Source: Octopus bimaculoides | Taxonomy: Eukaryota | Direction: 5' to 3' | NCBI RefSeq assembly: GCF_001194135.2 | Contig: NC_068984.1 | Span: forward strand, 31,227,575-31,291,574 | DNA length: 64,000 bases | In this document: one piece after another, positions 39,701-54,105 of the stretch | Layout: every line of letters starts with the position of its first letter | How positions within the stretch are numbered: the stretch's first letter is position 1 | The notes under the pieces: generated by a model | What the model saw: the letters and a program-made list of their open reading frames with translations, nothing else | Database searches by the model: none | What the model was told of the DNA's origin: nothing | Made by a program: the position numbers and the translations under genes

Positions 39701-40830
39701 TGGCATAATGAAAAATAGTCAGTAGTCCAAGAGAAGACATGGTAGTCATGGAAGGATTAATATGTTGCACAAAACAATAGAGACTAAGGTCTAAAATACA
39801 AGTCTAGGGTAAAGTATTTGGTGTGTAGTCTACTGTATCATTATAATTATGGTTTTAATTTGCCTTGAAAAGATGACACAAAAATCTATCACTATGTTAT
39901 TTGAACTCAGAACTCGATAAGTATACAAATGTTGTGATAAAAGCAGGATTAAGTGTTTGTTTTTGATGATATTTAAAAAAAATATACGTTATGTAGTATT
40001 CACTAAATGCTGATCTTTCCTCTGTGGCATCCAAGGAATATTTGTGATTTAGGGTTGATTCATCTTTTATCCATTTTATTTCACATATACAGTTAATGAC
40101 ACTAAGAAATCATTAACATTTACCATCTCATTTTATTTTTAAAAGTAGATGTTCCAAACAACAGACAAGGAATATGCTTCAGAATTATGCATATTCATGT
40201 ATTTATGTATAAACACATGTATAATTGTTGCAAATCATACTTTAATAGTGTTCTAGGTAGGATTAGCTTTGTAACCTTACTGAGTCATTGGTCAGCTCTT
40301 AAAATCTCATGTTGCATTACGAGAAAGGAAAGTACTGGTGTTTTTCCTTCTTGTTGTTTTCTCTAAATCCACTGGAGAATTTAAACTCTGTTGTGCAGGT
40401 AAACAAACACTTGTTATTTTAAGTGCTTTGATTTTACCTCTCTGAGTGATGGGAAGAAGGAGGGGAGATTATCCTCAGACCAAACTTTTATCCAGAATGC
40501 TTATAATAGAGTGTGTGCTGCTAACGATATCTGTATTTCACCTGTACAGAAAAAGAAAGAAAAATTGCTGTAGTAAAAATAATTAGGATTAAGACAGAGA
40601 GAAGTAAAGACAATGCTGAGACTAAAAAGGTTGTTGGTAGCATGGTGATGTTTTTAAAATGAGTATTGGGAACGTACTGAGAATGGCATTGGGGTGGTAA
40701 CTGCATGGTAGAAAATGTGTAGTAAAATAATGTTGACTTGTGAATACCTTCAAATATAAAGCATCTATAATGCATCTCGAAGGTTCATGATACTTGCGGA
40801 GTATCTCCCTCTCCCATTACAATTATTTTT

Positions 40831-41213
40831 TGTAGTCTTAGGATCTGGAACTCAAAAGAAGAAGCTTACAAGCAGATGCAATTCAATGGTTGTTTATTTA
40901 GTTCTCATTCATTCGTTATAGCTCCATTCACATGAGGTACATTACCTCTGGAAATAATGGGTGAAGTTAGAGCAGGAGAAGAATCTGCTGTGAGTTGTCA
41001 GTTTGCAGTGTTGCTCAGCGTGAGCATGAACGCAAGAGAGAGAATCACTTTAATATGCCTCCTTAAATAGATGTTGTCCACAAGAGTCTCGCTGTAGTCT
41101 CACACATGGCAAACATGGTTGTAGGCGAGATCTCGCTTTTGTCTCGGATATGGTAAACATGGTTGTAAGCAAGATCTCATGCAAAATGGCGCTGGCTTAT
41201 GTGTTACACTACA
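40831..41213 (-). mobile_element. Candidate solo LTR (383 bp)
   Basis: Ends TGTAGT...ACTACA (TG..CA with a 6-bp inverted repeat), AATAAAC near the minus-strand 3' end, and an internal tandem ATGG(C/T)AAACATGGTTGTA(G/A)GC(G/A)AGATCTC. No TSD is recognisable. Confidence 0.4.
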
Positions 41214-43804
41214 CGTCCTTTAGCAATTCTAATGCCTATCCCTGAAATTAATGGATCATAGTGCCCATTTCTGGAATCATTGTTCAAAACTCACAACATG
41301 AAATCAAAAAGGAACAAAACCTATCAGAAACAAAAACTCTCAGACTATGTCAACGAGCTGAGGGCAGGAATGATCTCTCTAACAGGCTTCCACAGTTTTG
41401 TCTGCCAAGATTGAAACTATGATGAAAGATTCTGCTGTAAAATGTTTGCCCAAGGTCTTGTGCATTGTGATTTCAATCAAACCCATATCATTTTAAAGAA
41501 CTTCTTAATCATACATCTATTTCTGAACTCACTTTCAACAGCAGAAAACTAAAAGTACTCTGTAATTACATTTTAACTACAAACCTCTCAGCTGCTTGTT
41601 TAGTACTTCATCAATTTCATCTCTGGCCTCTGTCATTTAATATAACATAATATTTATAAACACCAGACATTATAGTATTTCAGTAGATCTGTGTAATATA
41701 TTTCAGAGGAATTCACTTCTAAAATTAGTTCAAATTTTGTCAGTAGCATTGCTTGTACTGCCTTCTTGAGCAAGACATTTAACTCTACTGATTTCCGTAA
41801 TATTAACTAAGTATTTATAATTAAAAAATAATAGATATACAATTTCAACACATGTGTTCTAACAAGTTAATTGATAATTTTCAGCTATGCATACTGAAGC
41901 CAGAAGGAGGCATTAATGTCCTTTAATTCCAGAAATTGATATTGATATTGGTATTGCATAAAGAGGTTTTATAAGTGAAGGCATTCACAGGTTGACATTA
42001 TGTACTTTAACTCACCGAAATCTGAAACCTTTTTTTGTTTTTTGGTAAAATGCTAGATGGTGGGGTATCATGGAAAGAGGAAAATATGTGTAAACATTAC
42101 AGACACAAATTTGGACTATTTATCATGGATGATTGTATTTAACTGTTTCATCAAGTAAGAATTTCTGTTAGTCATCAACTGGTATTTGACTTTATTTTTT
42201 TGTAACTATTTATTTTGTTTTGGAAGTTCTAATATTATAGATTTAGGATAAATAATGTTTGTGTGTGTATGCATATTGTGTCAGTGTGTGTTCATGAAGT
42301 GAGAAAGGGAGCTTGTATGAATGTTAGACCTCCTAATCAATAGGGATATTATTTGAAATTTTTTCATATTTAGTAACTAATGTTAGTTAATGAAATGGTG
42401 CCAAAACTTTCCTAAACTAGAGGTGCAGGGTGGCTAAACTCACAACTGCTTATGATGGATCTTCTATGAGATCACTCATAAACTAGTATTTCCAGTAGTT
42501 AATTTATTTCTCCAACACCACTCATTTTACTTCAGTTCTGTAAGTTTAAGAAACAGTTGGTGCAAGCAAGTTTGGAAACATAGAATTATAAGTTATGAAA
42601 TTGTAGAACCTTATAAAATATCATTTCTCACTGAACTTACACTTTCAGCATTTCAAGGATATTAATAGATGTCAGTCTATATTAGAAAGTCAGTTGTTAA
42701 AAGAAAAATGCCAAACATAGAGACAATCTATGGGCATTATTCTACTAAGTTCCACAATGCTCTTGGGGATAAAATGCTAATTTCCTGTAATCCTAAAATA
42801 AATATTCATGCTGTGTAATTCTTAATATAAATCATTGTCTCTTAAGCTACAAGAATCTTTCAAAGATTAAAGAATGTAGTTTTATTGTAATAAAGCATTG
42901 GTATTTTTAAAAAATATTATCATAGTTATTCAACAATATATGTTGGCTTCTAGAAAACATGCCACAACAAAATTGAAAGTGTCAATCAAAATAAATATTT
43001 ATTCATTATTTCATCTTTTCAATTGTGTTCTTTTTTTTTCCATACATTACAGTTAGGTTTAAAGTAAAAAATAGAAAGAAAGCTAAACAAATAATAAAAT
43101 TTACTCCTTGTGAAATAGAAACATATTTCATTTTCTATACATTGAATAGTAGTTTTCTCATATGCTCTTTGTTCATAAGCTACTTCAAGATCTAATTCTT
43201 TTAAATATCAAAGACAGTGAATGAAAATATATAATTAAAATAGTTAAAAATAAAGAAAATATATTTTGAATAAAATCCATGCAGGATTTTCTGGTCTAAT
43301 AAATATCTTAGTTTCTTTAAATATTGCTAACATTCTATTATGCTGTAAACATTAAATTCCGGAAAAAAAGGGTATTTCACCAGATTTGATCTTACTACTG
43401 CTGATTCATGAAATGCAAAATTTATTTTCTTTATATTTTGGCTCAGCATTGTCTTGTACCATATTAGTTATACTTAGGGATTTAGAGTCGCATTCCACTG
43501 TCCTAGCCGTTTCCAAACTTCTAATTTTCTTCAGAATTTGTTACTAGCTAAAGTTATAGCACATGAATTTGTGTACCATATAATGTTCGTGAGTCCAGTG
43601 CTTTTATTGTTATTTGTGACCTTCAAAGGTTTTAGTTGATAAAATCAACTAAATCAGTCTAGATTTTATTCTGAGGGATATTCTATCACACTATTTGTTG
43701 AACTACTCTGAGTCATGGAGCATGAAGGAGACAACAAAGCAACAAGACTGTTTTTAAAGTAGTGTCAATAGAAAACATAGATACATACATAAACACACAC
43801 ACAC

Positions 43805-43950
43805 AGATTTCCATCTACTAAAATTCTGCTTGAATAGTATTGATCAGTTTAAGGCCATAACAAAAGACAATTGTCCAAGATGCTGCTAAGTGGACTCAAA
43901 TCTGGAACCACATAGTTGCAATGTGAATTTCTTAACCACAAAGCCAGGTT
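43805..43950 (-). mobile_element. Decayed SINE 5' half
   Basis: TTTCCATCTACTAAAATTC...TGTCCAAGATGC...GGAACCACATAGTTGC...TTCTTAACCAC. Confidence 0.65.
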
Positions 43951-45654
43951 TGTAACTATCTGTAACTATATGCAATTATGTGCATGCATACATACATACA
44001 TGCATACATATATACATACATACATACATACATACATGCATGCATACATACATATATTCATACATATATAGTCAGTTCAAATAAATAAACTAAATAAATG
44101 AATAAAAGAATGAAAAAAAACCGAATGTCAGGATGTGCACAAGTAATGTATTAGCTTGATGATTGGTGATATGTACATACATGCACACACGCATGCATAT
44201 ATAAATATACACACATATACATATTCATATACATACACACACACATACATATATATATATATGTATGAATATATTATATAAAGAGTGTTACTCAAGAGGT
44301 TGTAAGAACTTTTCAAACCTGTCTTTCAGTAAGAGCCAATTCCAAGTAAGAAATGTTCTACTTTACTGCAATCACTTGGGAAGATATGGATGTTGTAACT
44401 CTCATATATTCTGTTTCTACAAGGTGTGAGGCATATTACTTAAGTAATAGAGAAGTTTCTAAATGAGGGTTAAAGCAGTGGAGATATTCAAGACAGTACA
44501 AAAGCTTTTGAGTTGGTTTATGATTTCTAATTTCTGTACTTGAATCCTTTAAAGTCAACTGCACTTTTCAACATTCTAATATTAATGTAACTAAACATTG
44601 ATAATTTACTAAGAGCTTTTAAATCAAATGAAAGCATCTAGCAGCAGAATACTGCTTTAAGAAACTGTCTAAGCAATCCATAGGAAAGCAGATGTAAACA
44701 TGAAATAAAGTTTAATATTTAATTTTTGATATTTAGATTACAAATTACTTTTATTGCTAATTTGGATGTTATCACTGTCTGAACACTTCATAAGATATAG
44801 GATAATTAAGTTAGTATTAACAGATTTAAAGTAGTGGGGTTTTAATACATAATAAGAAATACATATTCAGTGAGGAAAATGACATATTATTTTAATGATT
44901 TTGTTAATTGCCAGATGTAACTTTGATATTTTATATCTTTATAGTGCTTCCTTCATTACCAATTCGGCATGTAAGGTAAAAACCATTTCTATGAAGAGAT
45001 CTAATAAGGCCAAGACACAATTAGAGTTGTCTCCTGTATTTGGTGAACTAATTAAGGTAAAATTAACCATTGAGCTAATACTGTCAATTCTTCCTGACAA
45101 TTATTTTTAATTAGCATTTTGATCCCCACTATATTAAATATGCTAACATTATTGCTTCTTTTTATGCATCTGTCCTCTTTTAGTAACTGAAATTAATGAT
45201 TTATTTTTCTAAAAAATTAGTTAGTTGATAAAACATTCCATTTTGACTATAGTCATTGTATGTGTATAAAGCAATTCCCTCCTAGTTCTTTAATTAATCA
45301 ATACTTCTAATTACAAAAATAAGAAAAACTCAACCATTGTGTTGCCCTACCATTAGATACAATAACAATTTATACTTCTCAAATGTTTATTAAACAATTC
45401 ACTGAGAATGCAATGAAGTCAACTGTATCAATTACACCTTAAGTGGACTTAAGTCTATAATAGAAGATACTTACTAAACTGGCTGTGCAGTAGAATTGAA
45501 CTTGACATTCTAGGATCATTCTAGGACAAGTGTTTTAGTCAGTCATATCCTATGTGGATGTTATTTCCATCTAATAATTATTTTATTGATACTTAGAAAT
45601 CAGTATTATAGGCTGAAATCAAACAAAGCCCTGTGAGTGGTTTTTGTGGAAAGA

Positions 45655-45707
45655 GTCCAACCCATGCTAGCATGGAAAGCGGACATTAAACGATGATGAT
45701 GATGATG
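45655..45707 (+). mobile_element. Very short young retroposon 3' tail with (GAT)n
   Basis: Near-identical to 4599-4648 and contains the palindrome CCATGCTAGCATGG. Confidence 0.75.
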
Positions 45708-47558
45708 CTGGTGAGTGTAGATGAGTGTGGTGGTGGCAGTAGTAGTGTTGCTGCTGCTGCTGCTGCTGGTAGTAGTAGTAGTAGTAAAACACAGCTAAAT
45801 GCTGATATGATATATCAGTATGGCTATTTACCTACCCCTGCTATTGTTTTGCCTTTGTTATGAGGAATATATTTAATTGGATTGTCAGAGAGAAAGAAAG
45901 GGAGGAGAAAATGAGAATTGGACAGACACGCCAATAGGGAAGAGAGAGTAGTATAGTGTCGTTCAACAGAGCTTCAATGAAGTTTCAGATGTTGCTTTAG
46001 ATTAATCTGTCTGTACTTAAAATACTTGTTGACTGTCAGTTGCATCTGTCACAGCTATTAGACTGTCAATTAGAGGTGGCTCTTGAGTAGCTTCAGTCTC
46101 TGTGAAGAGATGTTGCAAAATATTATTTACAGAAAAATCCAGAATTTGAAATCTGTGGATGCATTGCCATTTAACTCCTCTCACCTCAAATTTTGTATTC
46201 CTGTAGCTGTTGAGTTCCGTTAATCAACATGCCAGTTATATAACTTTTTTATTATCATTCACAATTGATATAATTGGTAGTCTTTCTAGAATATCATCTT
46301 CCTCTGATGTTGCAGTTAAATGATTTGTTTTAATTTTCCTTAATACAAAAATATAATTAATTAATGCTAATTTGAACCATATCTTAAGTTATTGCTCTAT
46401 CTTGATTTTGCTTTCTTTTCTTATATTTTTACATCTTTATTACATTTATGAATTCCAAATTTAAACACAAAATGTCTTATTTTGTAGATTCTGGTTTTAA
46501 ATCATAGCTTTCCACTGAGTTCAGTTATGGTTTGTTCTTTTCTTTGACATCTTCATAATCTTCCTGCAATATGAAAATTGCTATATTATCTTGCATCGAA
46601 GCCAGTAATTAATTCACAAGTTACAAAGATACTCTCTTTCTCCACTACTTAACCCTTGTTCACCCAAATTAACATCACTATTTTAACCTGGTATTTACTT
46701 GATAAATGATGATTTAAATTTTGTATTCCTTTTGAAAGATAATTAATTTTAATTAATAATCCTTTATAGATATTCCTGGTAGCATTATCAATAACATTCC
46801 ATAACATTTCCTACGACCACTATTCTCTTTATCACCATTCATCATTGTTTTAGCATTCCATTTTGATGTTGGCATAGGTTGAATGGGTTCATATAATAAC
46901 ATAATTTTATATTTCTTGTTCCTGTATCACTTCATCTTTGAAGCCAAACTTACTCATATCAGCTTTAACCACATCCTTCTACATCTATTTTGGCAATATT
47001 TACTGTAAGTAAATTCATGTGTCCTCACCATAATTATGCTAATATGACCCCACCATAATCATACCAACACTTTTTTCTCTGTTGTTTATGTGGATTTATG
47101 TTATTGATATTAAGCCAGTTTCTCACCCTACATATGCTGAATATTCTGCAATCTCATCTTGTACAATAATCAGTTCATTTCTGTTCATTTTCTACAAGTA
47201 ATTCTTATTCATACTCATATATTTCTATGCTGTATATTATTATACTTTGTGATTCATTTCTCAAATAATCTAACCTACGTATGTTTTGCATTTCTAATAT
47301 TCCTCTGAAGGAATATTATATACAGAAAGAAACCTATGTTCTGTGAACATAATTCTCTAAACTATAAGCCAGTTTCTGTCTGCTTCAACAACAATGCATT
47401 GTACAAGATTCGGCTATTCTACCACAAATCATACAACTTCAGGAGTTAAAATTCAATAATTTCAACAATATGTGTGAGTCAATCTTGATTATGATTTTTA
47501 TATTATTATTAATATATTACTATTAATAATATATGATCTTTGCCTTTATTATTAATAA

Positions 47559-48355
47559 GTTTGAAGATATCCAGCGATTTCAAGATCCATGAATGCAGTA
47601 TGCTGTTGAAGGCCTTTTTATAATCAATCCATGCAGAACTGAGATTTCTGTGTTTGTTATGACAGTTCTCAAGGATCATGTGATTGATTAAGAGTTGGTC
47701 TTTGCATCCATATGAGCCTTGTCAGCATCCTTTATATTCAGTGTGGAAAACATCATTCTGTTTCATGAATTTGTATGTTTTCTCCACAAGAATGGATGTT
47801 AAAATTTTATACTCAGTAGATACACATGTTATGGGCCGATAGTTTTGGGGAAATTTGGTTTCATTATTCTTCAGGAGTAGGCAAGTATTACTACTTGCTA
47901 ACTAATTAGGTGTTTTTGTAGGATCTCTCATAATTTCATTGAATAACTGCACTAACTTTTCATGTGTGCATGGGAGCAAGGCAAGCCAGAGATTTGGCAC
48001 CCTATCATTACCAGGAGATTTCCACTTATGAGCCTTCGTGAGTGTCATCCTTAGGTCTGCTATTGTAATGTTTTCCCATGCTTGTTCTGGTAAGTTTTGT
48101 TTGGATCCTTCTGTGCGTCGAACCCAGTCTGCATTTTCCTTTTAAGTCTTTTCATTACTCCAGATATTTTCCCAGAAGTTGTCAACTGCTTCCATGGCAG
48201 GGGTGGAGGGTGTCTTCAATGGTTATTTTCTCTTACCCTATTTTCCTGTAGAATGTTTCAGCATTGGATGTGAACAGCATATTTTGCTTGTAAAATTTGT
48301 TTCTTTTCTTAAATCTTCGTATTCTTTGAGCTTTTACTTGGACACTTTGTTCTAG
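47559..48355 (-). mobile_element. R4/Dong-clade (RLE-type) non-LTR retrotransposon, RT N-terminal half
   Basis: KAQRIRRFKKR..FYKQNMLF...FWENIWS...HKWKSPGND..PNLWL...KFPQNYRPITCVSTEYKILTSIL...EYKGC*QGSYGCKDQLLIN...AWIDYKKAFNSILHSWIL. Confidence 0.9.
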
Positions 48356-48404
48356 AGAATGTCAAAGCATAAGTAAATTAGAAGTTTGATTAGTAATCAT
48401 TATT

Positions 48405-48748
48405 ATTATGATTAATTATTTTCTCTTTATCATGGGTTTTGTTGGAGATCATGGATTTTTGCATGCATAACGGGCTTACTACCAGCAGCCTATGGTCCCA
48501 TGGTATTCATTCTTTTCAGCTATCTAATACTTTCTTGATTATTCTGGTCATGCCAAGTGGGCAAACATTTTGTAACAATTGTACCAGCTACTCTATTCCA
48601 ATTTCTTTTATATTCCTCTAATGCCTTCTGATAGTGTTCCCAAGGACCCAACAATAATTCGCACTATCTTCACCTTCTTCATTTTCCATAGCAGGGCTAT
48701 TTCGTACTTAAGGGAGTTGTATCTGTCTATCTTTGCATTGTCCTTCTT
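48405..48748 (-). mobile_element. R4/Dong-clade 3' end (RLE domain C-terminus plus 3' UTR), flanked by (TAA)n
   Basis: KIDRYNSLKYEIALLWKMKKVKIVRIIVGSLGT...LLQNVCPLGMTRIIKKVLDS*. There is (ATT)n at 48749-48780 and ATT-rich sequence at about 48390-48415. Confidence 0.85.
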
Positions 48749-49529
48749 TATTATTATTATTATTTTTATTATTATTATTACTTCTATTTCTGTGATTGTC
48801 ATATATCTAAAACTGCAGTAGCAGAGATGCCACTTCAGTTTTTAGAAATCACTTCATTGCAATGACTATACAGTATCGATTTACTATCAGTACCTTTCTT
48901 ACATATTGATCAAAGCTGTTTTCAAAGGTTGCTGGATTATATGACCTTCACTAGTGACTTTGTTTGTTTATTTTTGCCATATTCACTTTTAGATTTTTTG
49001 ATTCAAATCAAATATCCAAAGTTTTGCAATTTAAACATTTTTCACAGATTTTGCTAAGTGAAAAAGTTTATCAACAACAAACAAAGTATTCTCAGAAATA
49101 TACTGTCCTGCACACTTTTATAATTTCATTACAGAATAAGGAGTAAAAAGAACACTTATCATTGCACTCTAATGGACTCTCAACAACTGTTTACTTTAAA
49201 CACCTGATAACAGAAAATGAACAAAATTAAAACCAAGATTATGACTAGCTAGTAGTTTAAACTTACAGCACTGACTTTCATGTAGCAGATTTCCTAGTTC
49301 AAAGATGTTTTAATTATGATTTAAATTTTCTGTTATGAAGCACTATTTATATATACTAAAATAACAACCAGTTTAACATGGACAGCTATCGGGTACAGTG
49401 ATATGATTTAATTACCCCAGTTCCTAAATCAGGAAGAGAATGAAATCAAAATGTTGATGTTGGTATACATTTCCATGTTATTGTTATTATTAATATTATT
49501 CATAATGTGCATGAATGTTTTACATTTGG

Positions 49530-49870
49530 AATCAATGTCCTTGATACTGGGTCACAACCAATTTCCATAGATGTTGAGGACCTATTGTTGTTCCCAATAA
49601 GGTAGATTTCTGAATTAATGCAACTTGTGTAGTCACACCAATCTCAATAAGGGAACTGTTACGTCTGTTGGTGATGTTACCGAGAACACTTCTGACAACT
49701 GGGATTATTTTTTTGTAGAAACCCTCCACAGTCGTCGTATTTCCTAAGCCAAATCCTAGTATTTTCCTATTTTCTTCTCCTCTTTGACCCCTACATTCAT
49801 GTCCACAGACATAACCACACCTATGATGATGCTGTCTTTTTACAAAGTCAATCCAAAGCATAACCATCAC
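49530..49870 (-). mobile_element. Second R4/Dong-clade RLE-domain remnant
   Basis: Across frameshifts: IIIGVVMSVDMNVGVKEEKKIGKY*DLA*EIRRLWRVST, then IIPVVRSVLGNIT...LIEIGVTTQVALIQKSTLLGT. Confidence 0.8.
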
Positions 49871-49969
49871 CTCTTTTTTTACAGGTCAAGTGATAGTGTT
49901 GGCTAAGTAGTTGATTTTAAAGTTTGAACTATGCTTTTGAAATTAAATCAGGAACAAAAGTAAAAAGTT

Positions 49970-50644
49970 ATATTATCTCTAAAGATTGTAATGTTATTAT
50001 CAGTCCAAATATGTTTCAGGCCCATTCAAACCAGTGAACAAGCTACTCACTGTTTTGTCATGGAAAATATATCCCATTTGTTGACAAATGGTGTGTAAAC
50101 AACTACATCAGCTCACAGTGCTGTCTACCCAAACCGTGAGATGCAAGCATTTTGTAGTAGTTATCTCCTCTTCAGTGCTGTGATCTGATTGAAGAGACTG
50201 ATTATCTTATGCTTTTCCAGTTGCCATATGGCGACTGGCAACTCTGTGCAGTGGCTCAATGTAAGTAAATTACAGAAGGGGAGTGCTAAACAGTGATAAG
50301 TAAAATTGTAATGTTATTATCAGTCTGAATTTGCTTGAGGCACATTTGAACCAGTGAAGAAGCTACTCACTGTGTTTTGTCACAGAAAATATCTGTCTAG
50401 TGTCCATGACCAAAGAAGAGATAACTACTCTGAAATGCTTGCATCTCATGGTCTAGGTAGATGGCACTGCAAGCTGATATAGGTGAATACACACCATTTG
50501 TCAACAAACAGAATATATTTTCCATGACAAAACACAGTGAATAGTTTGTTTGAACATGCCTTAAGTATATTCAGCCTGATGATAACATTACAATTTTACT
50601 TATCACTGCTTAGCGCACCCACTCTGTAATCTCTAAAGAATATT
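49970..50644. mobile_element. Foldback/MITE-like element with long inverted arms and an extra internal arm copy
   Basis: 49985-50173 is inverted relative to 50415-about 50595. 50269-50397 is a second direct copy of the left arm. A central hairpin CAGTTGCC-ATAT-GGCGACTG lies at 50218-50237. Confidence 0.8.
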
Positions 50645-53600
50645 TGCCAAAGAGGATCCTCACATTTTATTACTGCAATATTGGTTTCTCTGCAATCCAA
50701 GCTTTTTAAGCTGCTATGGTTTAAATTATGCCACTAATGCTTTTTAAAGGTATGGAAGTTACTGCTTAAATCTAAAATATCATGAGTATTTATGTTTAGA
50801 ATCAAGTATTACTTTATCTGGTTTTACTCACTTTAATTTCAACTAATTAGAAATAGTAATATGTAAGATCAAATAAGCAAAAAGTTTCTCATCTTGCTTA
50901 TGTAAGACATTTATGCTAATCTCCAACACAATGGTGATTCAGTACAAGTAGTCAGATGATTAGAGGAAATGTCTGACTATTAAGTTATTTCCGTCAAGAT
51001 TCTGAATTGAAATTCACTTCTGATACTACTTTGGTCTTAACCTATTTGAAATCAATAACATGTAAATCACCAATATTCACAAGTGGATTCAGTGAACTTT
51101 ACTCCCTGGGATGCATCAAACAATTCTATGTTATGAATTGCTTTGAGGGAAATTGAGACAGCAGAATACTTAACTGGATGTGTAACTCATACTTCAGAAA
51201 GTTAATCCTCCTGAATTTTATTATACCTTTTCACTTGGTATTGAGATCGGTTAGCAGTAATATAGAGGATTTAATTCAGGTAGCTATAATTCTCTCTCTC
51301 CTTCTTTCCCCTCTCTCTTCTCTTTCTCTTTGCTATTTTGTCCATTGATAAAATAACTGTGGATTCTTTTTTTAATTGGTGATCACAATAGTTTAGAGAT
51401 AAGCTGCATTTAAATCATGTTTGTAACATGATTTTAATTTTTGCCTGAAAGGATATCCTATTTCACTAAAGCCATAAATATACTTAACAAAGCTCAGATA
51501 AAATACACAGGGACATGTTCTGTTTGAAAAACAAAAGGTATCAATAGTTCTAACATACTCTATACACTGAGTAAAAATAATTTAAAAAATAAAACTTTAA
51601 TTATATAAGTATAGGCTGCAGGTAAATGAAGTGAGGAGTTTGATTGATCTTGGAAGTCTGGCAACAACTCTGGATATCATTTGGTCAGTAAAGCATAGTC
51701 ATTGAAGTGTAACAAGACCAGAGCATATCTGGATTGTCACCATATTTCCAAGTTCAAGGACATTCTTCTCAGCATTGTACAAATTCTATTTTTTAATTAA
51801 TTAAAATTTCAGGGTTGACTTTGTGTTTCTTTATCAAAGTAATGATTCTTTTTCTCTCGGCATGAGATTAATCTTCATTAGTGAAAATTCATTGGCTTAT
51901 GACATAAACCACCTTAACATCAGTTTTACAATGCCAAAAGTGGCATGAATGTCATAAATTACTATTTAATTTTTTAAAGTAAAGTGTGTTTTCTGACATA
52001 TTTAAGGATAACTAATTTCTAAATTTGACACAAGATCACAATGTTTAGAAGAAGGAGTATATTTAATTTAGTCAGCTATAGTATTTGGCTGATATATTTT
52101 ATTTCATTGATTCTGAAGGGATGAAATGCAGTATCAGCAGTGGCTTTAAAATATGAGATCAAAGAAAACAGATAATGAAATCTAATGAGAAATGTAACTG
52201 AATTTTTTTCTATTGGTAAAGAATTATAAGATTTGATCTCAGAATGGAGAGGGATATAACTAAATATCACAAAACATTAACTACACTACTACACCAATTC
52301 CACTACTGCTGACCTGAGAAATCAATATTGTTAGTTATTTTAACAAATAACTACAGATATAAAACAAGTAATCTTGTAATTTTATGACTAATTATAACAA
52401 AGTTATGTTTTTGAGCATCAGAGTAGATCAGTAAAACAAAGTAATGATCAAAAATGTGCATTCTTTTCCAATAGAAAGCATAGAAGTTCAGTCACATTTA
52501 TCATTAATTTAATTTCATTATCAGTTTTTCTTTGATCTTATATTCTAAAGCCTTCATATATTAGATTTTTAAAATAAAATGTTTTTTTCTTTAAATCAAA
52601 ATAAATATATATGTATTTTTACTGAAACTCTATACAATATACCCAATAGATTACATCAAAACATGTAAAATTTTACACCTCAAAGTAAAGAAATATATAT
52701 GTATCAGACATATANNNNNNNNNNCACACACACATATATATATATATACATACACACATATATAAATACATACACACATACATACATACATACATAAATA
52801 TATATATATATGTATGTGTATATATGTGTGTTTGTGTGTGTGTGTATGTGTGTGTGTGTGTGTGTGTGCATGCATGCATATACACACATAAGTGAATAGA
52901 ATAAATATAAAAGAAAATTGTATTTTATTTACCTTGTGGTGGGGTGGGTATGTTCTTTCTCTTCTAAAAGTTCAAAGATACTAATTGCTTACCAGAAAAG
53001 AAAAATAACTCTAAAAACAATACTGTAATCACAATGATATTTGAAGGAAAAACTAGAAGTTTAATAGAAAGAGTTATGAAAAACTATCATTTTGTTAAAA
53101 CAAAACACATTTTTCATTTTGTATTAGTATTAAAGCCACTCATTACAATTAGTATTTCTTTTTTTTTTTTAATAAATTTTCATTGATCAGAATTTGATGG
53201 TTAGGATTTGTTTTATGTTATATTGTACAATTTCAACTTGTAATTAATACATTTCTTTTTAAATTTTAGCAAATAATAAAATGTTTCATCAATTCTTCAT
53301 TTTTATGGCGTTTTAGTAAATTTTAAGTATCAGGAATTAAGCAAAAATTACATTTTCCAAAAAGAATATTTTCAACAGATTGAAATAAAAGGCATAGATC
53401 AATGTCAGTTGGAGAGCTCTGTTCAAATATGAGGGTTAATATATTAATTAAATGATATGTTGCCAAGAATCATATGATAAAATTATTGGGAAAGATAAAA
53501 TACAAAAATTTGCTGATTCTATTGTAAGTAGGCAAGAGTGGCTGCTTTGAAATATACTCCATAGTTTTGATTTTAGGCTTATCTTTTCTAAACTAACATG

Positions 53601-53959
53601 TTTAAATGTAGGGATGGTAGCTTCTATGGATAGTTTGATAATATCCTTGAAGTTAAGTTCTTATACTCATGTACAAATCCAATTCCCAGTCAAACCAAAA
53701 GAAGAGTGTAATGATGCATGACAAAATGCACATGAAGCAGCAATAGCTAAAACAAGGCCATGTACATTTACATTACATGATCATGTGTACTCAAATGTAG
53801 AAAGACCTTTGTTGTAGTAACTATCATGGAAGAATTATTGTGTTTATATACAATGGCTGTGAAAATACACAGAGCTAGGTTACAAATCACATCATTAAAC
53901 TGCGGGATGCTTGTGCCTGTGTTCTTATGCTTCATCAGCTTCAGATACTGTGAATCTAT

Positions 53960-54105
53960 AAGATGTGGTGTAGCAAAACTGAAAAGAAGCTGAAAAGGCA
54001 GGTATCCAACTGGAGAGAAGCAGAAAAGACAGACAGAGTCAACAACAGTGGAGAAAAGTTGTTGATAGCCTATGTTCCATACGGGAGGAACTGGTTTAAA
54101 TAAGT
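53960..54105 (+). mobile_element. RTE-clade LINE extreme 3' end
   Basis: KMWCSKTEKKLKRQVSNWREAEKT, then frameshifted QSQQQWRKVVDSLCSIREELV*, followed by ATAAGT. This is typical of RTE C-termini. Confidence 0.65.

Noticed and set aside
49532-49870. 112-aa ORF as a novel gene
   Set aside because: It is a frameshifted R4/Dong RLE-domain remnant; the motifs are split across frames.
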